Part shown: in pieces, positions 16,509 through 25,209 of the stretch | Numbering within the stretch: the stretch's first letter is position 1 | Layout: each line of letters begins with the position of its first letter | Origin: a virus | Reading direction: 5' to 3' (one strand) | DNA: 64,000 bases | Virus record (IMG/VR): IMGVR_UViG_3300022745_000628 | Location: 32,001 to 96,000 of that record | Made by a program: the position numbers and the translations under genes | The notes under the pieces: generated by a model | The model's database searches: none | Seen by the model: only the letters and a program-made list of their open reading frames with translations | Told to the model about the DNA's origin: nothing

Positions 16509-16898
16509 ATGCGTATCGAAGCACTACTAATCGAAAAAAGCGGCGGCATCATTTGCGAGAAACTCGCAAGCCCAAAATACCCACAAAATGTGGGTAAGAT
16601 ACGCTGCGTAGGTGGGCGACGAGAACCGGGGGAAACTCCGGCGGATACCATCATCCGAGAGCTTAAGGAAGAATACGGCATTAAAATCCTACGCACGGAT
16701 ATTGGAGAAGAGCTGGGTCCGGGCCGTATAGGTACACGAAGGTTCGCAGTGTCGGCACCAATAGGAATCGTTGGACGAGCGAGTCTCGAAGGCGGCTGGT
16801 CACAGTTAGTCCGTGTTGCAGCGGACGCTGTTCCGGAAATGTGGCAACGAGAAGAAGCTGGCGTGCAGGCATACACCGCTACACCGTTAGGGAGATAG
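16509..16898 (+). CDS. NUDIX hydrolase
   Basis: Nudix box GGRREPGETPADTIIRELKEEYGI. Confidence 0.9.
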   Translation: MRIEALLIEKSGGIICEKLASPKYPQNVGKIRCVGGRREPGETPADTIIRELKEEYGIKILRTDIGEELGPGRIGTRRFAVSAPIGIVGRASLEGGWSQLVRVAADAVPEMWQREEAGVQAYTATPLGR

Positions 16899-16937
16899 GT
16901 ATAAAGAACTGGACGGCTGACGACGTTTCAAATTTAA

Positions 16938-16971
16938 AAGCCTTCGCCCGCAAGGGTGCGAGGCTTTTTTT
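16938..16971 (+). terminator. Intrinsic terminator
   Basis: AAAGCCTTCGCCC-GCAA-GGGTGCGAGGCTTTTTTT. Confidence 0.8.
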
Positions 16972-16986
16972 AGCTATTCATCCCAG

Positions 16987-17020
16987 CTAAATTGCGAATA
17001 AATACGCGTCATATATAGTG
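16987..17020 (+). promoter_or_regulatory. Bipartite motif copy 3
   Basis: Identical to copy 2 over AGCTAAATTGCGAATAAATACGCGTCATATATAGTG. Confidence 0.75.
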
Positions 17021-17095
17021 GAGATAGCCTTACATTCGGTTGGCTGTCTATGTTTTTAGTTCTTGGTAAGCGTGCCAGCTGTAAAGGATATTATT

Positions 17096-17632
17096 ATGAA
17101 ATACGAACTAACCACCGAGTCTCGAGTAGCTACTGCAGGGGCTACCGTTTACCGCATCAAGGCTTTACGTGATATCCCGGAAGCCGGGATACGGGCAGGG
17201 GATTTGGGCGGATTCGTGGAATCCGCCTCAAATCTAAGCCAAGAGGGCGCTTGTTGGGTTACCGGGAATGCCCTGGTTACCGGGAATGCCCTGGTTACCG
17301 GGAATGCCAAGGTTTTCGGGAATGCCAAGGTTTACGGGGATGCCAGGGTTTACGGGGATGCCATGGTTTGCTGGAATGCCAAGGTTTTCGGGAATGCCAG
17401 GGTTTCCGGGAATGCCAGGGTTACCAAAACCCCTATTTCCATTGACGGGCTACGCTATCAAGTGACTATCACAGATAGTCACCTGATTATCGGTTGTCAA
17501 ATCCATACCCCGGCGGAATGGGAAGCCTTTACCGATGATGATATTGCCCGAATGGACGGCGAACGGGCTATCGAGTTTTGGGGTACTTGGAAGCGGGTAT
17601 TGCTAGATGCCGCTTCGCGCCACTGTGTTTAA
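17096..17632 (+). CDS. Hexapeptide-repeat (left-handed beta-helix, LpxA-like) phage protein
   Basis: Nine VxG[ND]Ax hexapeptides; N-terminal RIKALRDI...GDLGGFVE block. Confidence 0.85.
   Translation: MKYELTTESRVATAGATVYRIKALRDIPEAGIRAGDLGGFVESASNLSQEGACWVTGNALVTGNALVTGNAKVFGNAKVYGDARVYGDAMVCWNAKVFGNARVSGNARVTKTPISIDGLRYQVTITDSHLIIGCQIHTPAEWEAFTDDDIARMDGERAIEFWGTWKRVLLDAASRHCV
17258..17419 (+). repeat. Nine 18-nt tandem coding repeats
   Basis: GTTACCGGGAATGCC(CTG/AAG/AGG) units. Confidence 0.9.
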
Positions 17633-17637
17633 GAAAG

Positions 17638-17666
17638 AAGCCAGTACTTCGGTACAGGCTTTTTTT
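17638..17666 (+). terminator. Intrinsic terminator with UUCG tetraloop
   Basis: AAGCCAGTAC-TTCG-GTACAGGCTTTTTTT. Confidence 0.8.
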
Positions 17667-17682
17667 AGCTATCAGCCGCCAG

Positions 17683-17716
17683 CTAAATCCGACTTGAATA
17701 TGCGTCATATATAGTG
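17683..17716 (+). promoter_or_regulatory. Bipartite motif copy 4
   Basis: CTAAAT-N13-GCGTCATATATAGTG. Confidence 0.75.
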
Positions 17717-17755
17717 AGTACGGATTTACAAATTCGAAAATAGTGGAGCATACCC

Positions 17756-18031
17756 ATGTTACATACATTACCTATAGTCGTCAAAATCGTCATACACCAG
17801 AATGGCACACATTACAACCAGCACATGCGGCTGGAACAGGCCATGAAACTGATAGACGATTTCGATGCAACGGAATCCGAATATGACTATGCGTACCTAG
17901 AACAACCCGAGTCTTACGCCGATTACGGACTAAGACATTGGTCAAAGAATACACCCTCGTATCTAAGCATCGGAAGACGATGCACGACGGTTGACCAGAC
18001 CAAACTGACCGAATTGTCGCTGACTCGGTAA
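17756..18031 (+). CDS. Hypothetical protein
   Basis: GGAG upstream; follows motif copy 4. Confidence 0.65.
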   Translation: MLHTLPIVVKIVIHQNGTHYNQHMRLEQAMKLIDDFDATESEYDYAYLEQPESYADYGLRHWSKNTPSYLSIGRRCTTVDQTKLTELSLTR

Positions 18032-18285
18032 AAATCATTGATTTCCCAAATTAATGATTTTGAATTTTATTTAGGTAAATCTAAATAATGTTCAATAAAT
18101 CCAGGGATATTGCGTATAGTTTGTGGTGAAGATAGCCAAAGGCTGTTGATTTCTCAACAGCTTATTTGCTTAGGCGGTAGTTAAGTACCGCTTAATTGTT
18201 GTTTGCGGGGCGCGACCCTGCGACCGTTATTTTTTTAGCTATCAGCCCATTGGTAGAATTGAATTTCAAGGAGAGATAATTACCA

Positions 18286-19290
18286 ATGCAAAAACTAGTT
18301 ATTTGGCAAACTGTTCCAGCAGCAGTCCAGAAAAGATACAAGATTGCTCGAGCGATACAGTCACGTGTTTATAACCATGACTGCGATGTACTTTGGCAAC
18401 CTGATACTGATTTGGTGGTAGTTAACTACGTAACTGAGCCATTGATTAAGGTTGCGTTACCAAAAAATTTCGAAATATTTGAGACTAAAAACGCCCAAGA
18501 ATTCGAAAATATCAGGAATTCTACGCAAATCGTGATCAAGCTTTCAAGTTTTTTGGAAGACGTTCCGGTTTCGATTGTGTCTGCGCCGCATAAAGCATTT
18601 GGTAAGTTGTTTGGCGGTCCATCTGCGTTAACTAATTCGATTGTGTCTGGCGCGATTGGAGCTGGTTCTGGTTATGCTGCTGGGCATCTTATGGCTAATT
18701 TGTTACCAGAAGAATATGTAAAGCGTAAGAACTTCGCTAAGTATTTCGCGATGATGGGTGGATTAGGCGGAGCAGCTATTCATTTACCGGAATATTTGGC
18801 TAATCTAAAAAATGGTAATGGTTTAGTCAATTCGGCGATTAAGCCACATTCTCAGCAATATGCTAACCCAAACAACTATATTTTGCAGAAGTATTTAGCC
18901 GGTGAGAAGGTAGCGGAGTATGACGGACCTTACCGTAAATCGGTTACTGGCTTAAATACTTACAACGATCCTATTCCGGTTGATAGGTTTAATCGAGTTA
19001 TTTGGTCAAACGCAGGTGATAATCCTGGGATGACACCTCCGCCGGTTGCAGCTGCTACTTCTGGTTTGGTTACTGGTATTTCCCAGATGTATGGAAATCC
19101 GAGTATTTTGACACCCAAACACTTTATTAATGGAATGGTTGCCGCTGGTGTTGATGTTGCTACGGCGCACGTTGCTGGCGGAGCTCTTGGCGCTTTAGGT
19201 ATTTTGACACCTCAAGCTCAGCAGCAGCTTAAACAGATTGGATTGTGGAGCGGGATTCTGCGTGGCGTAACTGCTTCCGTGTTTAAATGA
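18286..19290 (+). CDS. Glycine-zipper protein, probable virion/internal protein
   Basis: GAIGAGSGYAAG, MMGGLGGAA and GGALGALG segments; EKVAE motif. Confidence 0.7.
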   Translation: MQKLVIWQTVPAAVQKRYKIARAIQSRVYNHDCDVLWQPDTDLVVVNYVTEPLIKVALPKNFEIFETKNAQEFENIRNSTQIVIKLSSFLEDVPVSIVSAPHKAFGKLFGGPSALTNSIVSGAIGAGSGYAAGHLMANLLPEEYVKRKNFAKYFAMMGGLGGAAIHLPEYLANLKNGNGLVNSAIKPHSQQYANPNNYILQKYLAGEKVAEYDGPYRKSVTGLNTYNDPIPVDRFNRVIWSNAGDNPGMTPPPVAAATSGLVTGISQMYGNPSILTPKHFINGMVAAGVDVATAHVAGGALGALGILTPQAQQQLKQIGLWSGILRGVTASVFK

Positions 19291-19332
19291 TTTGAGTTAA
19301 GCTTTTAGCCAGGAAGGGAGATTATTTTCGAT

Positions 19333-20142
19333 ATGTCGCAAAAGTTTAACAATGGCGATTACGTTCAAGCCACGGGTGTTTTCATTCAGTATTTAGAGTC
19401 CAAAGAAGAATTCCGTATATTTGCGGAAGCTTTGGATAAATCGAAGAATGTTATGCGCATTCTGACTATCAGTCCTAAAGAAACTGAGATTAAGACGTTT
19501 GCTGGCCCCAAGCAGATGGTTTTAACGCTTCCGACGCGGTATTTAGATACGATGCTTAAACCTTATAAAGGAACTCCGGTCATGGCTGATAATGAATTTG
19601 ATAATTCTGGATCTTCCAATCCAGCGCTCGAAGATGTTCCGGCCGTAGTTGAGAATGCCAATATCGTGTTAAACACGTTTCTTAATTACAAGATTGAGAT
19701 GGCCAATCACGCTGTTGACACATATCGGTTTATTAAAGAACTGCATGTGGATTTAGCGGTCGCGAATGCTCCGACTAACGAGCATTTTTTCGAAAAAGGG
19801 CCGATCGAGATACGGTTATCCGAAAAAGAACAGAAACTCGAGGATGCCGCGCTTGATGTATTGCTTATGTATTTTGCGGTACAGCAGGGTAATTACAAAG
19901 AGTTGTTGCAAGACGAGATTGGCGAATGTTTACAGGAGATGAAAGCACAAGAACAGGCAAAACCAGTTCCGCCGGTAGTAAACCCCGAAACTTTCGGTAT
20001 GACCAGCGCTTTGGTTATGAGCGAATACATTCCTACCGATTTGGATGCCGACTTGTGTGATAGCGCAGATTACTCGGATCCGGATGACGAAGATGAAGAT
20101 TGGGATGAATATTCCGGGGACGGTCCGCCTGACGGCGTGTAG
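19333..20142 (+). CDS. Hypothetical protein with acidic tail
   Basis: 269 aa; DPDDEDEDWDEY near the C-terminus. Confidence 0.75.
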   Translation: MSQKFNNGDYVQATGVFIQYLESKEEFRIFAEALDKSKNVMRILTISPKETEIKTFAGPKQMVLTLPTRYLDTMLKPYKGTPVMADNEFDNSGSSNPALEDVPAVVENANIVLNTFLNYKIEMANHAVDTYRFIKELHVDLAVANAPTNEHFFEKGPIEIRLSEKEQKLEDAALDVLLMYFAVQQGNYKELLQDEIGECLQEMKAQEQAKPVPPVVNPETFGMTSALVMSEYIPTDLDADLCDSADYSDPDDEDEDWDEYSGDGPPDGV

Positions 20143-20180
20143 TTATTCCCAGAATTATTGATAGCTAAATAAATATTTTG

Positions 20181-20211
20181 CGGCTAGTCCATTACCGGAC
20201 TAGCCGTTTTT
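20181..20211 (+). terminator. Intrinsic terminator
   Basis: CGGCTAGTCC/GGACTAGCCG followed by T5. Confidence 0.8.
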
Positions 20212-20214
20212 CGT

Positions 20215-20427
20215 TTGAGTCAGTCCTATAATAACGGTATGAAGACCTTATTCGATAAATTGCGATCCATATTTATTAAATCGGTAAACGCTCCCGACGC
20301 GGACGAGCTTTCAGCTAAAATAGCGTGGGCTGTAGTGCGCAGTTACGCGGCAATAGTTTGGCACAGAATTGCCTTGCCGCTGCTTAAATCTTTTTGGGAG
20401 GCAGTTAAACGATCATGGAAACGATAG
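20215..20427 (+). CDS. Small hypothetical protein, possibly membrane-associated
   Basis: Hydrophobic/aromatic C-terminal half. Confidence 0.55.
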   Translation: MSQSYNNGMKTLFDKLRSIFIKSVNAPDADELSAKIAWAVVRSYAAIVWHRIALPLLKSFWEAVKRSWKR

Positions 20428-20687
20428 CCAAGTACTTTCATTTGATTATTGGCATGATTACGGCGATGTTTCTAGCTAATATTGCCGGATTCTTGTTGCA
20501 CGCCGTTGGCGGGCATTTGTTGTTTGGCGCAGAGCCAGATCCGACCAGTACACAGTTTTGGCTGTTGGCCACAGATGCTGGGAAATCCGCAGTACAATTT
20601 TTTGTTGCGCTAGGTACTTTCTCTACCTTCGCAATTTGGACACTTCTTCGCCGAATAATCGGCAAGTTACTTTACAAGGGAGCTTAA
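20415..20687 (+). CDS. Small two-TM membrane protein (holin-like size only)
   Basis: Two long hydrophobic segments and a basic C-terminus. Confidence 0.65.
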   Translation: METIAKYFHLIIGMITAMFLANIAGFLLHAVGGHLLFGAEPDPTSTQFWLLATDAGKSAVQFFVALGTFSTFAIWTLLRRIIGKLLYKGA

Positions 20688-20688
20688 T

Positions 20689-21372
20689 GTGAAACGGTCG
20701 TACAAGAAACGAGTAACAGTTAGTAAGAAATCGCCGACGGTTATGAAAGTCGAAGCAGATCCGGTAGTCGAGGTTTCGGCAGATCCTGTTGTTGATCCAG
20801 CGCCAGTTGTTGATCCAGCTCCGTTGACGGCTGACGAGTTGTCGGATGCAGCTAACGCTGTTACCGATGTGCCTAAAGCGCAGACGATGCAGATTCAATG
20901 GCAAAATTTGGTGATTATCGGTTTGATTGGTGTGCTTGTTTGGTTGGTTTACACCAGCTACACACATCAAAAAACCGATAAGAAACCGTTACCGCCAAAC
21001 GTTCCGGTTGTACCAGCGGATGATACTGCTGATTTGACTAGTGCAGCTAAGGCAGCGCTTAACGGAGACAAAGAAGCGGCAGCGTTCTACAGCGACTTGT
21101 CTGCACGAATTGCCGATGTTTTGGAGATTGACGGTAAAGAAGCTGCTCCACGGCTTACCATGAAAGAACAAGTCCTCGAAGTGTTCCATGCCGATATCGG
21201 CCGGTTTGCTCGAATACCGGGTGCAAGTAACCCGGCGCTAGGCAAGTTTTTGACTGATACCGTGTCGCAAGACATGCCAGCCAAAGTCGGAAAGCTATCA
21301 GCCGAGGACCGTGCTGATATTGTCAAGAAGTGGCGCCTTTTGTCGGAGGTTTTCCAAAAAGCCTCCAAGTAG
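20689..21372 (+). CDS. Single-pass membrane protein with Pro/Val-rich linkers
   Basis: TM LVIIGLIGVLVWLVY; ADPVV repeats. Confidence 0.75.
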   Translation: MKRSYKKRVTVSKKSPTVMKVEADPVVEVSADPVVDPAPVVDPAPLTADELSDAANAVTDVPKAQTMQIQWQNLVIIGLIGVLVWLVYTSYTHQKTDKKPLPPNVPVVPADDTADLTSAAKAALNGDKEAAAFYSDLSARIADVLEIDGKEAAPRLTMKEQVLEVFHADIGRFARIPGASNPALGKFLTDTVSQDMPAKVGKLSAEDRADIVKKWRLLSEVFQKASK

Positions 21373-21401
21373 TGTTCGTTTACCCGCAAAGGATTGCGGT
21401 A

Positions 21402-21974
21402 ATGGATCTTACAAGAAAATCACTAACGTATTTTGCATCAGGTACGTTAGTGACTATGTGTGACGGAGCGATGATGCCAGTACAGCGTTTACGACCTGGT
21501 GACTCTATTTTGAGCCATACAGCCCAAAAAACGTTGGTATTATCGACCAAAACAGTTCGTACAAGCGGTACTATCCTGAGCGTTAAGGTGTTGGGACCGT
21601 ACCAAAAACTAAGAACCAACACTTTTCAACGATTTGCGCACTATCCAAATGTATTACACGACAACCACTTGGAACAGTACTTCGTTAATTGGACGCCTGC
21701 AGGCGAGCTTAGCGAAGGTAATCATGTGCTACTTCCTTGGATTGCCGCAAATCGCACCAAGTTTTTTGATGACTACCTTCAGCCCATTACACCTGGTTCC
21801 GATATCAAGATGCCAGCGGTAACTGTGAAAGCATGCGCATTTGGATTGTTATGCCCGGTTGTGGACATAACTGCCCACGAGCTCACCAACGAAAAATTTT
21901 ACATGGTTGCACTAAGCGGCGAAGGAACACTAATCGCCAACGGTATAGCCACTCAAGCATCCGAAACTTTTTAG
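21402..21974 (+). CDS. Stand-alone Hint-fold (intein-like) protein lacking splicing nucleophiles
   Basis: YFASGTLVTMCDG (block A with Tyr at C1), WTPAGELSEG, and FYMVALSGEGTLIANGIATQ (blocks F/G ending in Q-A). Confidence 0.7.
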   Translation: MDLTRKSLTYFASGTLVTMCDGAMMPVQRLRPGDSILSHTAQKTLVLSTKTVRTSGTILSVKVLGPYQKLRTNTFQRFAHYPNVLHDNHLEQYFVNWTPAGELSEGNHVLLPWIAANRTKFFDDYLQPITPGSDIKMPAVTVKACAFGLLCPVVDITAHELTNEKFYMVALSGEGTLIANGIATQASETF

Positions 21975-22000
21975 CTAACGCAATTTAATCGAGGCCAAAC

Positions 22001-24313
22001 ATGACGTTTGACGTAAGAAACCTAACAGGCTGGGTAGAGAACAAACCAGCAATTCAAGAAACTGTTGCCGAACACGGAGAGCTCCGACGCGTAGCAAGCA
22101 ACCTTATTGGCGCTGAACAGAAGGACGTGTTCCTTTGGCGCCCGTTGCTAAAGGTTAAGCCTACGTGGCGTAGGAAGGCACAAAAAATCGGTGATTGTTC
22201 GCGGAAGGGGGCATTAATTGCCCTTAAGGACGGCACACTCAAAGCCATTGAAACCATTAAGATTGGTGAAGAAGTCATCTCCGGTAATGGTAATGCTCGA
22301 GCCGTTACAAACATTGTACATAAGCCTGTCGCCGACTATAACATGGTCGAGCTGCAATTACGCGGAAGTTTGCGGCCATTGCATCTTACAGTTGATCACT
22401 TGCTGCCTTGTATTACGCCAGAAGGCGAATACTTGTGGATACCCGCCGGCGAGATGACCACAAAACACACGTTACTGTTCGGTGTCGGCGTAGACGAATC
22501 TCACACTGTAGCACCTACGTTTGACATGGCGGATTTCTGCCAGGATCCGATTACAGACGAAACACCTAACAACGTCAAGGTAGCTGGATTACAAGAACCA
22601 CGCCGATTCGTACCGGTTACACCAGGCCGAGTCCGGGACAAAGGGGCTGGCACTGAGTGCAATCGATTCGTACAAATGGACGAGCGGCTTGCTTGGCTTA
22701 TCGGGTTGTACGCCGCTGAAGGATCTTTGGATAAGAGTGCGTCCGGGCATCCGCGCCGCATAACGTTCAACCTGGGTAGGCACCGTATGCGTGATGCCTG
22801 CAAAGCTGCGCGCTATATCACGGAAATCTTCGGTATTGATGCCGAAGTGGTACACGTGCCGTCCAAGCCGAGTGTATTGTATGTACGAGTTTGCGGTAAA
22901 ATAGTACCGAATTTCTTTTCAGAAATGGTTTCTGGCAATGTTTATGTCAAGGCTTTGAAGCCTTTGCTGCACAATTTGCCGTTGGAGTTGCGAAAGTCAC
23001 TGTTACGCGGTTGGTTTGACGGAGATGGACATGTCAGTTTGAAAGAAAAGGGTTGCGGTTCTACATCCAGTCGTGCGCTGTTTGAAGATATGCGCAGACT
23101 ATTCCACAGTTGTGGTATGGCTATCTCTTGCAGCGTTATTCCAGCAAAGCCGGGGCACAAAGAAGCGTATTCTATCTCAATACGTAAAGACCAATTGCAA
23201 ACTATTTACCCGTTCGGAGACTACCCGCCAATCGCTCATAAAGACGGAACTGTTACATTTTGGCAACCTAGGCAGCCAGAAACGCAGCCTGCGCCTGCGG
23301 CAACAAATGTAGCTGTGGCAGAAGAAGCGCCTATCGGAGCGCCATCAGCAATTACAGCTATTCGGTATTACACACTTCACGACCAAGTTTATTGCTTGGA
23401 AGTAGCCGAAGATCACTCGTTTTTAGCTGAGGGAGTGGTTATCTCGAATTGTGTTTCGTGGGGCTGTGAAATCGCAATGACCTTGTTAATGGCCCTACAA
23501 GACGTCATTGGCGAAGGGCAATTCATTGAAGAAGCGGCCACAGAAGCTATCTACGGCGGAGCTCGTGTTGAAGTAACTGGTCGACAAGGTGGTTATGAAG
23601 ATGGGGCTGTCGGTGCTTACGCAGCTAAATGGGTAAACAAGTGGGGAGTTATTCTTCGGTTGGATTATTCCAAAGACACCGGAAACCCTGACCACAACCT
23701 TACCAAGTACAGCGGTGACAAAGCCAAAGACTGGGGTAACTTCGGTTGCGGCGGCCGCAATGACAAGGGTGCACTGGATAACATCGCCAAGAAGTTCCCA
23801 TGTAGCCACATTGCACAGGTTACTACGATTCCAGAGGCTATTGCAGCGTTGTCTAATGGTTACCCGGTAACTATTGCGTCCAACGCCGGATTCGGCGATA
23901 TGCGCCGTGATTCAACTGGTGTATGCCGATGGACAAATTCTTGGGGGCATTTAATGTGTCTATGGGGATTACGCTGGGTCAGCGGACATCCTCAATTCCG
24001 TATTTGTCAATCCTGGGGCGACGTATGTTCGGGACCGGATCCTGGAATTCTCGAGTCCATCTCGGACATTTGGAAGCCAGAGGTTAGCGCTGTCGGCAGC
24101 GAATCAAGCGGTCTGCTGTTGCCGCACGCAGACTTCCCGTATCAAACCGATCCTACAAGTGATCCGTGGAATCCGGTATCTGCTACTAGCTGGTGGGCAA
24201 CGGAAGCCGACATAGCACGAATTTTACAGTCTGGAGATTGCTGGACGTATTCCGGCGTACAAGGCTTCGTAAAACGAAACATTGATTTTGCAAAGGGATT
24301 TAGCACATGGTAA
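22001..24313 (+). CDS. Papain-like (C1-type) cysteine peptidase interrupted by an intein
   Basis: Spliced sequence QKIGD|CVSWG; WGHLM; ICQSWG. Confidence 0.8.
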   Translation: MTFDVRNLTGWVENKPAIQETVAEHGELRRVASNLIGAEQKDVFLWRPLLKVKPTWRRKAQKIGDCSRKGALIALKDGTLKAIETIKIGEEVISGNGNARAVTNIVHKPVADYNMVELQLRGSLRPLHLTVDHLLPCITPEGEYLWIPAGEMTTKHTLLFGVGVDESHTVAPTFDMADFCQDPITDETPNNVKVAGLQEPRRFVPVTPGRVRDKGAGTECNRFVQMDERLAWLIGLYAAEGSLDKSASGHPRRITFNLGRHRMRDACKAARYITEIFGIDAEVVHVPSKPSVLYVRVCGKIVPNFFSEMVSGNVYVKALKPLLHNLPLELRKSLLRGWFDGDGHVSLKEKGCGSTSSRALFEDMRRLFHSCGMAISCSVIPAKPGHKEAYSISIRKDQLQTIYPFGDYPPIAHKDGTVTFWQPRQPETQPAPAATNVAVAEEAPIGAPSAITAIRYYTLHDQVYCLEVAEDHSFLAEGVVISNCVSWGCEIAMTLLMALQDVIGEGQFIEEAATEAIYGGARVEVTGRQGGYEDGAVGAYAAKWVNKWGVILRLDYSKDTGNPDHNLTKYSGDKAKDWGNFGCGGRNDKGALDNIAKKFPCSHIAQVTTIPEAIAALSNGYPVTIASNAGFGDMRRDSTGVCRWTNSWGHLMCLWGLRWVSGHPQFRICQSWGDVCSGPDPGILESISDIWKPEVSAVGSESSGLLLPHADFPYQTDPTSDPWNPVSATSWWATEADIARILQSGDCWTYSGVQGFVKRNIDFAKGFSTW
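22196..23449 (+). mobile_element. Intein, 418 aa, with LAGLIDADG homing endonuclease
   Basis: Starts C-SRKG; LTVDHLL; LIGLYAAEG and LRGWFDGDG; ends VISN|C. Confidence 0.9.
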
Positions 24314-25200
24314 ATAAAATCACGTGGGTTGTTTTGGTTGTTAGTTTGATGGTGGGCTGCCATCCTGGGGCCTCGCCTAACACTAAGTCCAATTACAAAC
24401 AAATTGTTAAGGCTGACGCGGCAGTAATTATTGCATTGGAAGCTGCTGCGCCGTCTGCAATTGTGCCGCATACACCTGTTTCGGATGTATGTCCGAACTG
24501 TGACGGCGTTGGAAAGGTAGGCGACGGGCGTACAATGGTTACTTGCCCAGTATGCAAAGGTACTGGCAAGAAACCAAGCAAGGCCACCGAATCTTCAAAT
24601 ATCGAGCTTCCGCCTCCATTGGAAGAAGATATTGGGAATAGTTCACTGGGCGAGATTGCCGAGCCTGCCGTTAAACAGGATACTAGCCATAACGTATCCA
24701 AGCATTTAATCGGACCAGCTGCACCTGCGGCTTGTCCGTTGCCGGAACCAATTGATTACGACAAGATATTTGCCGAAGTTGAAAAGAAAGTAAGCGAAGC
24801 TGTAAGCGCTAAAAAGCCGTTTATGGAAGTCGAAGCTGCCGCTATGAACGATACCCAAGAGCAAATAACCAAGCTTGTAGACAAGTACATCGAATTAGCC
24901 GAGAAAATCACATCCCTTGAAAAGAAACTGGCCGACATGACCGTTGCTGTGAAACCTGAGCCCGCCACCAAGCCATTACCGCCGACGACAGATTCGTATG
25001 GCGTAGTTACGGCATATCTGATTTATGATTCGGCAGATATGCACAAGTTCAGAAATACGATTGCTTCCAAATTACCGCAAGGTTGGAAGTATTCCGAAGT
25101 CTACACCAACCAGCCTACCAAGCTGCAAGTACTAGAAAACCGTCAAATTCGTACGTTCCAGGGTATTCCCGCGCTAACTGACATCGTCACTTCCAAGTAA
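24307..25200 (+). CDS. Putative lipoprotein with DnaJ-type zinc finger and coiled coil
   Basis: Signal peptide ending MVGC; CPNCDGVG...CPVCKGTG. Confidence 0.7.
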   Translation: MVNKITWVVLVVSLMVGCHPGASPNTKSNYKQIVKADAAVIIALEAAAPSAIVPHTPVSDVCPNCDGVGKVGDGRTMVTCPVCKGTGKKPSKATESSNIELPPPLEEDIGNSSLGEIAEPAVKQDTSHNVSKHLIGPAAPAACPLPEPIDYDKIFAEVEKKVSEAVSAKKPFMEVEAAAMNDTQEQITKLVDKYIELAEKITSLEKKLADMTVAVKPEPATKPLPPTTDSYGVVTAYLIYDSADMHKFRNTIASKLPQGWKYSEVYTNQPTKLQVLENRQIRTFQGIPALTDIVTSK

Positions 25201-25209
25201 GGTCTGCAC

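Noticed and set aside
17251-17465. Alternative-frame repeat ORFs (YRECQG, PGMPRF)
   Set aside because: These are by-products of the stop-free 18-nt repeat; the VxGNAx frame has the recognisable flanking domain.
13650-18250. tRNA genes in the structured intergenic regions
   Set aside because: No cloverleaf with a T-loop GTTCRA and D-loop GG in proper spacing was found.
20415-20687. Definite holin call
   Set aside because: Only size and hydrophobicity support it, and no endolysin was identified nearby.
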